A stretch of DNA of 64,000 nucleotides, from positions 62,001 through 126,000 of the forward strand of contig NW_026781736.1 in NCBI RefSeq assembly GCF_030144855.1, written 5' to 3'. This DNA is from Hypanus sabinus. Its lineage: Eukaryota. Under the pieces are notes generated by a model. That model worked only from the letters and a program-made list of their open reading frames with translations. It was not told the DNA's origin and did no database searches. The position numbers and the translations under genes were made by a program. This document shows, in pieces, positions 50,901-62,700 of this stretch. Positions within the stretch are counted from its first letter, which is position 1; every line of letters starts with the position of its first letter.

Positions 50901-53900
50901 ATAGGACATTTCACTACAAAAAAAATATCACTCCAATTCACAGACGCAAGATCTAGACTTATAGCCTCATAATTTGCCCTTCCCCAACTAAAAATGATCC
51001 TGTCTTGTTTGATTCTATCCTTTTCCATTATAATGCTAAAGGCCAGGGAACGGTGTTCACTGTCCCCCAGATGCTCACCCACATACAGAACTGTGACCTG
51101 ACCCGGTTCGTTACCTAATACTAGATCTAGTATGGCATTACCCTAGGTCACCCTGTCAACATACTGTGACAGGAATCCATCCTGGACACACTTACGAAAC
51201 ACTGTTCCGTCTAAATAATTGGAACTAATCAGATGACAATCAATATTAAGTAAGTTAAAGTCACCCATGATAACCACCCTCTTATTTTTGCACCTTTCCA
51301 AAATCTACCTCCCAATCTGCTCCTCGGTATCTCTGCCGCTACAAGGGGGCCTGTAGAATACCCCCAGTCGTGTAACTGCTCCCGTCCTGTTCCTGATTTC
51401 CACACATACTGACTCAAAAGAGGATCCTGCTACATTACCCACCCTTTTTGTAGCTGTAATAGTATCCCTGACCAGTAATTCCACCCGTCCTCCCCTTTCC
51501 CCACCTCTCCATCCCTTTTGAAATCAATGAAATCCAGGAATATTGAGGATCCATTCCTGCGCTGGTTCCAGACAAGTCTCTGTAATGGCCACTACATCAT
51601 AATTCCATGTACGTATCCAAGCTCTCATTCATCACCTTTGTTCCTGATGCTTCCTGCATTGAAGTACACACACTTTAGCCCTTCTACATGACTACCTTTA
51701 TACCGTTTATTCTGCTTCGCTTTGCTCAAAGCCTCTCTATTTGTTAGATATGACTTTACTCCATGCACTATACTTGCAGTACTCGCATGACCTTAATCCT
51801 CCTCCACCTCACTATCTGCTCTAACACTCTTGATACCCTCCCCTGCAAATCAAGTTCAAGCCCCCTCCTGTGCCTCCTAAACGTTTCCACTATGCTAGCA
51901 TCGAAATATCCGCAGCCCAGTCGAACATTAGTCGAACGGTGCTCAACCATCTGACAAAGATCTAAACAACATCTAGCTGTACAACTCTCCAGTATCAGTT
52001 CTGGCTCTCCGAATATCAACCCCCTTCCACTCCGGTTTAAACCCCCAACCCCATCCAGTACTACACAAGCAAACGTACCCACTAGGGTATTAGACCCCTT
52101 CCAGTTCATCACAAACCATCTTGTCTGCACAGGTCTCAAATTGCCAGGGGCAGGATCCCGTCACCGGTCGCTGTCACTCTCTCTATAAGAAGAACGGACG
52201 CCGAATGATCATGGTGTTTAGAAGGGAGAATGTCTCCGACTGATTTATTTGAAGAAATGGTGTAAGACTCGCAGAAATTTGGGAAGCAACTGTAAGAATT
52301 GCCTTGCATCATATTTTATATTCCATTCTGTCATGGAGTCTGCTGAAAACAGAAATAGTTAAACATAATATCATGCTATCTTGGCTCACATCTGCATGTG
52401 AGCGGCGACTGTCCAACCGGTTGAACTGATTTCAGCAGAAAGGCCGCACCCTGTTCTGAGAAATGCGTACGTGTGGGAACCTGGCCAAAATTCAGGGCCG
52501 CAGCTTGCACAGAGACAAGGAGCTCTGAGTTTCACAGAAACGCAACCGGCGACGTCCTGCACTCAGGAAGATCTTCTGATTCGGAAACCCAGAGCAACAC
52601 TCACAAAACTCTGAAGAAACACAGAACAGCACAAAACAGTAAACAGTCGACAATTCGGGCCGAGAGCTTTCATCAGGAATTAACCTTATTCCTAACCCAC
52701 AACTCCTAAACCAGCCAAATATTGCTCAGCTCATTGTTTGAAATGAAGGGCGAAGGCCATTACTTGGAAATATACCCACAAGGAAATAGAATATTGTTAC
52801 CATATTTTTCTGGCTTTTCATTTCCAACCAGACTGTTGTCTGCGGTTTGTATCAGTGATCAAGAAATCAGTAGCTCAGTTATAAACTTCTTCTCGCCATG
52901 CTGGTGTTTGAATCACTGAGGTTGTGTTTACATGTTGGGATTTTTCCACACCTTATATCAAGATTAAGAACTGTTCCCGAACAGCAAATAACGTTTCATG
53001 CGGGGGCTGTACAGCCCTATTCTGCCCGATTTTCAAACTACATTTCTTCAGGTGAATACTTCGATATATATCTGTATCATTTATTCTGTTCGAGTAGTTT
53101 GTAATTGTTTGGATCCCATCTCGGTGGCCGGTGGAAGTCAAGATTTTTTTGATTATATTGAAGGTCTGGGTGCTTGATAAACACCAGGGTGGAAAGCTAT
53201 AAAACCCAAATATGTAGTCGCAGAATGAGGCTGTTTGGTCCATTTAGTCTACTCCGGCAGTTCATCTTGGCTGATATATTCCTCAATAGAGTCATCTGAT
53301 CCTTGCTTCCTAAACCTCACGTATGCTGCCTTCTTCCATCTGAGTAGATTCTCCACCTCAATTGCACCTGTGGTTCCTTCACCCTACCAATCTTTATCTT
53401 CCTCACTGGAACACGTTTATCCTTATCATCCTGCAAGCGATCTCTGAACATCGACCACATGTCCTTAGTACATTTCCCTGCAAAAAAATATCATCCCAAT
53501 TCACAGCCGCAAGTTCTAGACTTATAGCCTCATAATTTGCCCTTCCCCAACTAAAAATGTTCCTGTCCTTTTTGATTCTATCCTTTTCCATTATAAAGCT
53601 AAAGGCCAGGGAACGGTGATCACTGTCCCACAGATGCTCACCCACCTACAGTTCTGTGACCTGACGCGGTTCGTTAACTAATACTAGATCTAGTAGGGCA
53701 TCACCCGAGGTCGCCCTGTCAACATACTGTGACAGGAATCCATCCTGGACACACATACAAACTCTGCTCCGTCTAAATCATTGGAACTAATCAGATGCCA
53801 ATCAATATTAAGTAAGTTAAAGTCACCCATGATAACCACCCTCTTATTTTTGCACCTTCCCAAAATCTGCCTCCCAATCTGCTCCTTGGTATCTCTGCCG

Positions 53901-54465
53901 CTAGCAGGGGGCCTGTAGAAAACCCCCAGTCGTGTAACTGCTCCCGTCCTGTTACTGATTTCCACACATACTGACTCAAATGAGGATCCTGCTACATTAC
54001 CCACCCTTTCTGTAGCTGTAATAGTATCCCTGACCAGTAATGCCACCCCTCCTCCCCTTCCCCCCCCCCATCCCTTTGAAAACACTGAAATCCAGGAATA
54101 TTGAGAATCCATTCCTGCCCTGGTGCCAGACAAGTCTCTGTAATGGCCACTACATCATAATTCCATGTACGTATCCAAGCTCTCATTCATCACCTTTGTT
54201 CCTCATGCTCCTTGCATTGAAGGACACACACTTTTGCACTTCTACCTTGCTACCTTTATACATTTTATTCTGCTTCTCTTTCCTGAAAGCCTCTCTATAT
54301 ATTTGTTTTGGCTTTACTCAATTCACTTCTTTCACTGCTCTCTCGCTCCGGGTCCCATTCCCCATGCAAATTAGTTTAAACCCTCCCGAGCCATGCTAAC
54401 AAATCTACCAGCAAGGATATTGCTCCCCATCGAGTTCAGGTGCAACCCATCCAATCTACACAGGT
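44929..54465. repeat. three tandem copies of a ~3.6-kb unit (starts ~44929, 48552, 52193): ~1.1 kb non-TE sequence + CR1 3' part (plus) + CR1 endonuclease part (minus); third copy has an internal deletion at ~53272
   Basis: Paired ORF translations (45031/48662; 45625/49257/52898; 46958/50592). Endonuclease motifs WNYDVVAITET and VVIMGDFN on the minus strand. Confidence 0.93.
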
Positions 54466-54566
54466 ACTGAGCGGGGGAGGGGCATGGAGGGGAGAGGCTG
54501 AGGGAGGGAGGGGCATGGAGGGGAAAGGGTGAGAGAAGGTGCAGCGTGGAGGGAGGAGCAAGTTCC

Positions 54567-54573
54567 TTAAAAG
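54567..54573 (+). promoter_or_regulatory. TATA-like element of stefin-like gene B
   Basis: TTAAAAG is the only AT-rich stretch in a G-rich tract just upstream of exon 1; spacing is uncertain because of the gap at 54585-54744. Confidence 0.45.
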
Positions 54574-54584
54574 CGGGGCTTGCC

Positions 54585-54744
54585 NNNNNNNNNNNNNNNN
54601 NNNNNNNNNNNNNNNNNNNNNNNNNNNNNNNNNNNNNNNNNNNNNNNNNNNNNNNNNNNNNNNNNNNNNNNNNNNNNNNNNNNNNNNNNNNNNNNNNNNN
54701 NNNNNNNNNNNNNNNNNNNNNNNNNNNNNNNNNNNNNNNNNNNN
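54585..54744. other. assembly gap at the 5' end of gene B
   Basis: Run of N. Confidence 0.99.
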
Positions 54745-54765
54745 AGCGAGTCTACAGAGAGAAAA

Positions 54766-54825
54766 ATGCCAGCTTGGACAGGTCCCCAGACAGCCGACCC
54801 GGCGGTCCAAGAGTATGCCAATGAG
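54766..54825 (+). CDS. stefin (type-1 cystatin)-like gene B, exon 1
   Basis: aaaATG...GAG|gtgagg; 60 nt, phase 0: MPAWTGPQTADPAVQEYANE, comparable to cystatin B ..SATQPATAETQHIADQ. Confidence 0.88.
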
Positions 54826-54995
54826 GTGAGGAGCCCAACTTACTGAACCAGCGCCCTCCCTACCGCGCCTCCACTAAACCTACCTTCCTCGAGGGAGGAT
54901 GGAGAGCCGGAACGGTGGAATGGGGAGGGCTGGCGGGGTGGAGAGAAAATGTGGGGAGAGACGGTAGGGGAAGGAGAGGAACTCGATTTAGGTCA

Positions 54996-55075
54996 GGGCG
55001 TCCCAACTTTTATTTCTACCACGGAGCCTTGCCATTAACTGAGTGATCCGTGGACCACAGGCTTGGAATACCCGA
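54996..55075. mobile_element. short decayed hAT-type MITE in intron 1 of gene B
   Basis: Imperfect inverted termini cagggcgtcccaac ... cttggaatacccga. Confidence 0.4.
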
Positions 55076-55683
55076 TTTTGAGGAAGATGCATTGTGCGGA
55101 GGGGGGAGGGCAGGATTGGGGTGAAGGGAAGGGAGAGGGACGAAGCGGGGAGAAGGAGAGGTGAAGGGGGAGTAGGAGCTGTGAGAGTTCAGGAGTTGAG
55201 AGTTGAGAGCGGAGAGGGCGATGGAGAGAGGAGTGTACGGGAGAGGGGAGGAAGGATTGGGGAGAGGGGGAGAACGGAGAACGGAAAGAGGGGAGTGGGG
55301 AGACGGGGTTTGTGGAAAAAGGGAGGGGGAAATGGGAGCGGGGGGCATCCGGGAGAATTGCGCTGAGGGTAAGTGGAAGGATGGGAAACATACGGGCAAG
55401 GGAGAAACAGGGGGAATCAGTGAGAGGGGAAAGGGAGAGAGACGGGAAGCAAGGACAGGAGAAATGATCGGAAATTGTTGATGGGTCGAGGAAGGGCACT
55501 GGAGGTAGAGGGAGCGAAGAGAGAGAGAAAGATGAGAGAGAGGAGGAGGAAGAACTCAGGAGGTGCAGAAAGTGGAGAGAAAGGAAAGGCGCCGCTGCTC
55601 CCTTGCTGAATCCCCTCGTCCCCCTCACCACCCGATGCTGCCCTTCAGGGAGGTTCAAATGTCTCTGTCCTGTGCTTGTCCAG

Positions 55684-55794
55684 GTGAAGGACGTTGTGCA
55701 GAAGAGGATCCAGGTTCCAATGATAAAATATACTGCGATCCTCTACCGGAAGCAAGAACAGACTATCATGACGGGGAAGATGTTTCTGATCAAG
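55684..55794 (+). CDS. stefin-like gene B, exon 2
   Basis: cttgtccag|GTG...AAG|gtaatg; 111 nt, phase 0-0: VKDVVQKRIQVPMIKYTAILYRKQEQTIMTGKMFLIK. Confidence 0.9.
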
Positions 55795-56219
55795 GTAATG
55801 TCCCCACACAGGAGGGGATCACAAAGACGCGGATAGGTGCGAGTAGGACAGGAGTGAAGGGAAGGGGATGGAGGTAGGGGAGGGAGAACAGGAGGGGTGG
55901 AGGGGCGAGAGTGGGTGACGGGAACGTGACGTAGGGGTGGGAGGGCTGAGCCCGGGAGGGATGAGGTGATCAAGGCTTGTAGGGGTAAGGAGCGGAGACC
56001 GCCGGCGTGTAGGGAAGGGAGGAGTGACGGATATGGTGAGGGATGCAAGGGTGGGAGAGGGTGACGGAGATGCGGAAGGTTGTGGGGCAAACAGTGGTTG
56101 ACAGAGAGGCGGAGACATTGGGGAAAAAAGTTGGGTGTCGGGGAGTCACTAGTTCACGGAGGTTGGAGAAACAGCGAGGTGGTGTGTACCCCTGTCTCAT
56201 CGACTGAATCTACCCACAG

Positions 56220-56345
56220 GCGGACATCGGAATCCCCGCCAACTTCCTCCACCTGGAAGTGTTCCTGCCCTGGGGCTCCCCGTCCAAACTGTTGGCGGTC
56301 GAGGAAAACCACAACGCTAGTGATACGATGGTACCCCTGGTCTGA
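56220..56345 (+). CDS. stefin-like gene B, exon 3 (to stop)
   Basis: cccacag|GCG...TGA: ADIGIPANFLHLEVFLPWGSPSKLLAVEENHNASDTMVPLV*. Confidence 0.9.
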   Translation, partial: ADIGIPANFLHLEVFLPWGSPSKLLAVEENHNASDTMVPLV

Positions 56346-56612
56346 GGGAATTCACCGATCCGCCGTGTTTCCGCCCCTCCCTAAACCACCCAAACCCGCT
56401 GAGAGCAGTCGGTGACAACTAGTTAGTGGGGACAATGGAGCACAGATCCCAGCCTCTCTGTCCACACCCCACGCACCCCTCCCCAACCTGCCCACTCACC
56501 GACGGTTTGCGGGGCCCCTGGGTATGAACGTCACCCCTTCCCGCCCCAACCCCGCTACAGCTCGCTGAGGCCATTGCCAAGCTTCCGCCACACGACTGCA
56601 CGAGCTTCGATC

Positions 56613-56618
56613 AATAAA
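56613..56618 (+). terminator. polyadenylation signal of gene B
   Basis: AATAAA ~270 nt after the stop. Its context aataaaactgcatcgatc resembles gene A's aataaaattgcattgatt. Confidence 0.8.
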
Positions 56619-56746
56619 ACTGCATCGATCTGATTGGTTGCCTGGTTGAGTTATTTTGTCCCGTTCATCACCACATCCACCCCCGACCGGTGCTGGGAGA
56701 GAGTGGTCCAGGTGGTGCGAGGGGTGCGTCTGGACTGGACGGTGCA

Positions 56747-59700
56747 GGGACTGACACGGGCCGTGAGGAGAGAGTTGGACAGTGTGATTAGTTCAGGGAC
56801 TGACACGGGCCGTGAGGAGAGAGTTGGACAGTGTGATTAGTTCGCGGACTGACACGGGCCGTGAGGAGAGAGTTGGACAGTGTGATTAGTTCGCGGACTG
56901 ACACGGGCCGTGAGGAGAGAGTTGGACAGTGTGATTAGTTCTGGGACTGACACGGGCCGTGAGCAGAGAGTTGGACAGTGTGATTAGTTCAGGGACTGAC
57001 ACGGGCCGTGAGGAGAGAGTTGGGAAGTGTGATTAGTTCTGGGACTGACACGGGCCGTGAGCAGAGAGTTGGACAGTGTGATTAGTTCAGGGACTGACAC
57101 GGGCCGTGAGGAGAGAGTTGGGCAGTGTGATTAGTTCAGGGACTGACACGGGCCGTGAGGAGAGAGTTGGGTAGTGTGATTAGTTCGGTGACTGACACGG
57201 GCCGTGAGGAGAGAGTTGGACAGTGTGATTAGTTCGGGGACTGACACGGGCCGTGAGGAGAGAGTTGGACAGTGTGATTAGTTCAGGGACTGACACGGGC
57301 CGTGAGCAGAGAGTTGGACAGTGTGATTAGTTCAGGGACTGACACGGGCCGTGAGCAGAGAGTTGGGCAGTGTGATTAGTTCAGGGACTGACACGGGCCG
57401 TGAGGAGAGAGTTGGGTAGTGTGATTAGTTCAGGGACTGACACGGGCCGTGAGAAGAGAGTTGGACAGTGTGATTAGTTCAGGGACTGACACGGGCCGTG
57501 AGCAGAGAGTTGGGCAGTGTGATTAGTTCAGGGACTGACACGGGCCGTGAGGAGAGAGTTGGGCAGTGTGATTAGTTCGGTGACTGACACGGGCCGTGAG
57601 GAGAGAGTTGGACAGTGTGATTAGTTCGGGGACTGACACGGGCCGTGAGGAGAGAGTTGGACGGTGTGATTAGTTCCGGGACTGACACGGGCCGTGAGCA
57701 GAGAGTTGGACAGTGTGATTAGTTCCGGGACTGACACGGGCCGTGAGCAGAGAGTTGGACAGTGTGATTAGTTCCGGGACTGACACGGGCCGTCAGCAGA
57801 GAGTTGGACAGTGTGATTAGTTCAGGGACTGACACGGGCCGTGAGCAGAGAGTTGGGCAGTGTGATTAGTTCAGGGACTGACACGGGCCGTGAGGAGAGA
57901 GTTGGGCAGTGTGATTAGTTCGGTGACTGACACGGGCCGTGAGGAGAGAGTTGGACAGTGTGATTAGTTCGGGGACTGACACGGGCCGTGAGGAGAGAGT
58001 TGGACAGTGTGATTAGTTCCGGGACTGACACGGGCCGTGAGCAGAGAGTTGGACAGTGTGATTAGTTCAGGGACTGACACGGGCCGTGAGGAGAGAGTTG
58101 GACAGTGTGATTAGTTCCGGGACTGACACGGGACGTGAGCAGAGAGTTGGACAGTGTGATTAGTTCAGGGACTGACACGGGCCGTGAGGAGAGAGTTGGG
58201 CAGTGTGATTAGTTCGGTGACTGACACGGGCCGTGGGGAGAGAGTTGGGTAGTGTGATTAGTTCGGTGACTGACACGGGCCGTGAGGAGAGAGTTGGACA
58301 GTGTGATTAGTTCGGGGACTGACACGGGCCGTGAGGAGAGAGTTGGACAGTGTGATTAGTTCAGGGACTGACACGGGCCGTGAGCAGAGAGTTGGACAGT
58401 GTGATTAGTTCAGGGACTGACACGGGCCGTGAGCAGAGAGTTGGGCAGTGTGATTAGTTCAGGGACTGACACGGGCCGTGAGGAGAGAGTTGGGTAGTGT
58501 GATTAGTTCGGTGACTGACACGGGCCCTGAGGAGAGAGTTGGACAGTGTGATTAGTTCAGGGACTGACACGGGCCGTGAGCAGAGAGTTGGACAGTGTGA
58601 TTAGTTCAGGGACTGACACGGGCCGTGAGCAGAGAGTTGGACAGTGTGATTAGTTCAGGGACTGACACGGGCCGTGAGCAGAGAGTTGGGCAGTGTGATT
58701 AGTTCAGGGACTGACACGGGCCGTGAGGAGAGAGTTGGGCAGTGTGATTAGTTCGGTGACTGACACGGGCCGTGAGGAGAGAGTTGGACAGTGTGATTAG
58801 TTCGGGGACTGACACGGGCCGTGAGGAGAGAGTTGGACGGTGTGATTAGTTCCGGGACTGACACGGGCCGTGAGCAGAGAGTTGGACAGTGTGATTAGTT
58901 CCGGGACTGACACGGGCCGTGAGCAGAGAGTTGGACAGTGTGATTAGTTCCGGGACTGACACGGGCCGTCAGCAGAGAGTTGGACAGTGTGATTAGTTCA
59001 GGGACTGACACGGGCCGTGAGCAGAGAGTTGGGCAGTGTGATTAGTTCAGGGACTGACACGGGCCGTGAGGAGAGAGTTGGGCAGTGTGATTAGTTCGGT
59101 GACTGACACGGGCCGTGAGGAGAGAGTTGGACAGTGTGATTAGTTCGGGGACTGACACGGGCCGTGAGGAGAGAGTTGGACAGTGTGATTAGTTCCGGGA
59201 CTGACACGGGCCGTGAGCAGAGAGTTGGACAGTGTGATTAGTTCAGGGACTGACACGGGCCGTGAGGAGAGAGTTGGACAGTGTGATTAGTTCCGGGACT
59301 GACACGGGACGTGAGCAGAGAGTTGGACAGTGTGATTAGTTCAGGGACTGACACGGGCCGTGAGGAGAGAGTTGGGCAGTGTGATTAGTTCGGTGACTGA
59401 CACGGGCCGTGGGGAGAGAGTGGGACAGTGTGATTAGTTCAGGGACTGACACAGGCCGTGAGCAGAGAGTGGGACAGTGTGATTAGTTCGGGGGACTGAC
59501 AAAGGCCTTGGGGAGAGAATGGGACAGTGTGATTAGTTCAGGGACTGACACAGGCCGTGAGGAGAGAGTGGGACAGTGTGATTAGTTCGGGGACTGACAC
59601 GGGCCGTGAGGAGAGAGTTGGACAGTGTGATTAGTTCGGTGACTGACACAGGCCGTGAGGAGAGAGTGGGACAGTGTGATTAGTTCAGGGACTGACACAG

Positions 59701-62700
59701 GCCGTGAGGAGAGAGTGGGACAGTGTGATTAGTTCAGGGACTGACACGGGCCGTGAGGAGAGAGTTGGACAGTGTGATTAGTTCAGGGACTGACACGGGC
59801 CGTGAGGAGAGAGTTGGACAGTGTGATTAGTTCGGTGACTGACACGGGCCGTGAGGAGAGAGTTGGGCAGTGTGATTAGTTCAGGGACTGACACGGGCCG
59901 TGGGGAGAGAGTGGGACAATGTGATTAGTTCAGGGACTGAGACGGGCCGTGATGACAGTGGGGAAATGCGATTAGTTCGGGGACTGATACGGGCCGTGTA
60001 GAGAGAGTTGGGCAGTGTGAATAGTTCGGTGACTGACACGGGCCGTGCGGAGAGAGTGGGACAATGTGATTAGTTCGGGGACTGACACGGGCCGTGAGGA
60101 GAGAGTTGGGCAGTGTGATTAGTTCAGGGACTGACACGGGCCGTGGGGAGAGAGTGGGACAATGTGATTAGTTCAGGGACTGACACGGGCCGTGAGGAGA
60201 GAGTGGGACTATGTGATTAGTTCAGGGACTGACAAGGGCCGTGCGGAGAGAGTTGGACAGTGTGATTAGTTCAGGGACTGACACGGGCCGTGAGGAGAGA
60301 GTGGGACTGTGTGATTAGTTCAGGGACTGACACGGGCCGTGAGGAGAGAGTGGGACAATGTGATTAGTTCGGGGACTGACACGGGCCGTGAGGAGAGCGT
60401 TGGACAGTGTGAATAGTTCGGTGACTGACACGGGCCGTGAGGAGAGAGTTGGACAGTGTGATTAGTACAGGGACTGACACGGGACGTGAGGAGAGAGTGG
60501 GACAGTGTGATTAGTTCAGGGACTGACACGGGCCGTGAGGAGAGCGTTGGGCAGTGTGATTAGTTCGGGGACTGACACGGGCCGTGAGGAGAGAGTTGGA
60601 CAGTGTGATTAGTACAGGGACTGACACGGGCCGTGGGGAGAGAGTGGGACAATGTGATTAGTTCAGGGACTGACACGGGCCGTGTGGAGAGAGTGGGACA
60701 GTGTGATTAGTTCGGGGACTGACACGGGCCGTGGGGAGAGAGTTGGACAATGTGATTAGTTCAGGGACTGACACGGTCCGTGAGGAGAGAGTGGGACAGT
60801 GTGATTAGTTCAGGGACTGACACGGGCCGTGAGGAGAGAGTTGGACAGTGTGATTAGTTCAGGGACTGACACGGGCCGTGAGGAGAGAGTTGGACAGTGT
60901 GATTAGTTCGGGGACTGACACGGGCCGTGAGGAGAGAGTTGGACAGTGTGATTAGTTCCGGGACTGACACGGGCCGTGAGCAGAGAGTTGGGCAGTGTGA
61001 TTAGTTCAGGGACTGACACGGGCCGTGAGGAGAGAGTTGGGCAGTGTGATTAGTTCGGTGACTGACACGGGCCGTGAGGAGAGAGTTGGACAGTGTGATT
61101 AGTTCGGGGACTGACACGGGCCGTGAGGAGAGAGTTGGACAGTGTGATTAGTTCCGGGACTGACACGGGCCGTGAGCAGAGAGTTGGACAGTGTGATTAG
61201 TTCAGGGACTGACACGGGCCGTGAGGAGAGAGTTGGACAGTGTGATTAGTTCCGGGACTGACACGGGACGTGAGCAGAGAGTTGGACAGTGTGATTAGTT
61301 CAGGGACTGACACGGGCCGTGAGGAGAGAGTGGGACAATGTGATTAGTTCAGGGACTGTCACGGGCCGTGAGGAGAGAGTTGGACAGTGTGATTAGTTCA
61401 GGGACTGACACGGGCCGTGAGGAGAGAGTTGGACAGTGTGATTAGTTCGGGGACTGACACGGGCCGTGAGGAGAGAGTTGGACAGTGTGATTAGTTCGGT
61501 GACTGACACGGGCCGTGAGGAGAGAGTGGGACAGTGTGATTAGTTCGGTGACTGACACGGGCCGTGAGGAGAGAGTGGGACAGTGTGATTAGTTCGGTGA
61601 CTAACACGGGCCGTGAGGAGAGAGTTGGACAGTGTGATTAGTTCAGGGACTGACACGGGCCGTGGGGAGAGAGTGGGACAATGTGATTAGTTCAGGGACT
61701 GACACGAGCCGTGGGGAGAGAGTTGGAAAATGTGATTAGTTCGGGGACTGACACGGGCCGTGGGGAGAGAGTTGGACAGTGTGATTAGTTCAGGGACTGA
61801 CACGGGCCGTGAGGAGAGAGTTGGACAGTGTGATTAGTTCGGGGACTGACACGGGCCGTGAGGAGAGAGTGGGACAATGTGATTAGTTCAGGGACTGACA
61901 CGGGCCGTGAGGAGAGAGTGGGACAATGTGATTAGTTCAGGGACTGACACGAGCCGTGGGGAGAGTGTTGGACTGTGTGATTCGTTCAGGGACTGACACG
62001 GGCCGTGGGGAGAGACTGGGACAGTGTGGTTAGTTCGGGACTGACACGGGCCGTGGGGAGAGACTGGGACAGTGTGGTTAGTTCGGGACTGACACGGGCC
62101 GTGGGGAGAGAGTGGGACAATGTGATTAGTTCAGGGACTGACACGGGCCGTGAGGAGAGAGTTGGACAATGTGATTAGTTCGGGACTGACACGGGCCGTG
62201 AGGAGAGAGTTGGACATTGTGATTAGTTCAGGGACTGACACGGGCCGTGAGGAGAGAGTTGGACAGTGTGATTAGTTCGGTGACTGACACGGGCCGTGAG
62301 GAGAGAGTTGGACAGTGTGATTAGTTCAGGGACTGACACGGGCCGTGAGGAGAGAGTTGGACAGTGTGATTAGTTCGGTGACTGACACGGGCCGTGAGGA
62401 GAGAGTTGGACAATGTGATTAGTTCGGGACTGACACGGGCCGTGAGGAGAGAGTTGGACATTGTGATTAGTTCGGTGACTGACACGGGCCGTGAGGAGAG
62501 AGTTGGACAGTGTGATTAGTTCGGGGCTGACACGGGCCGTGGGGAGAGAGTTGGACAGTGTGATTAGTTCGGTGACTGACACGGGCCGTGAGGAGAGAGT
62601 TGGACGGTGTGATTAGTTCGGGGACTGACACGGGCCGTGAGGAGAGAGTGGGTCAGTGTGATTAGTTCAGGGACTGACATGGGCCGAGAGGAGAGAGTGG

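Noticed and set aside
45625-53104. 68-aa ORF (MLVFESLRL...) present in all three 3.6-kb units
   Set aside because: Conservation is explained by recent duplication; no recognisable domain, and several residues differ between copies.
56313-56321. N-glycosylation sequon (NAS) in gene B
   Set aside because: No signal peptide is encoded, so use is unlikely.
55016-56415. ORFs of 90-207 aa on both strands
   Set aside because: Low-complexity G/A-rich intron sequence or wrong-frame reads of gene B exons.
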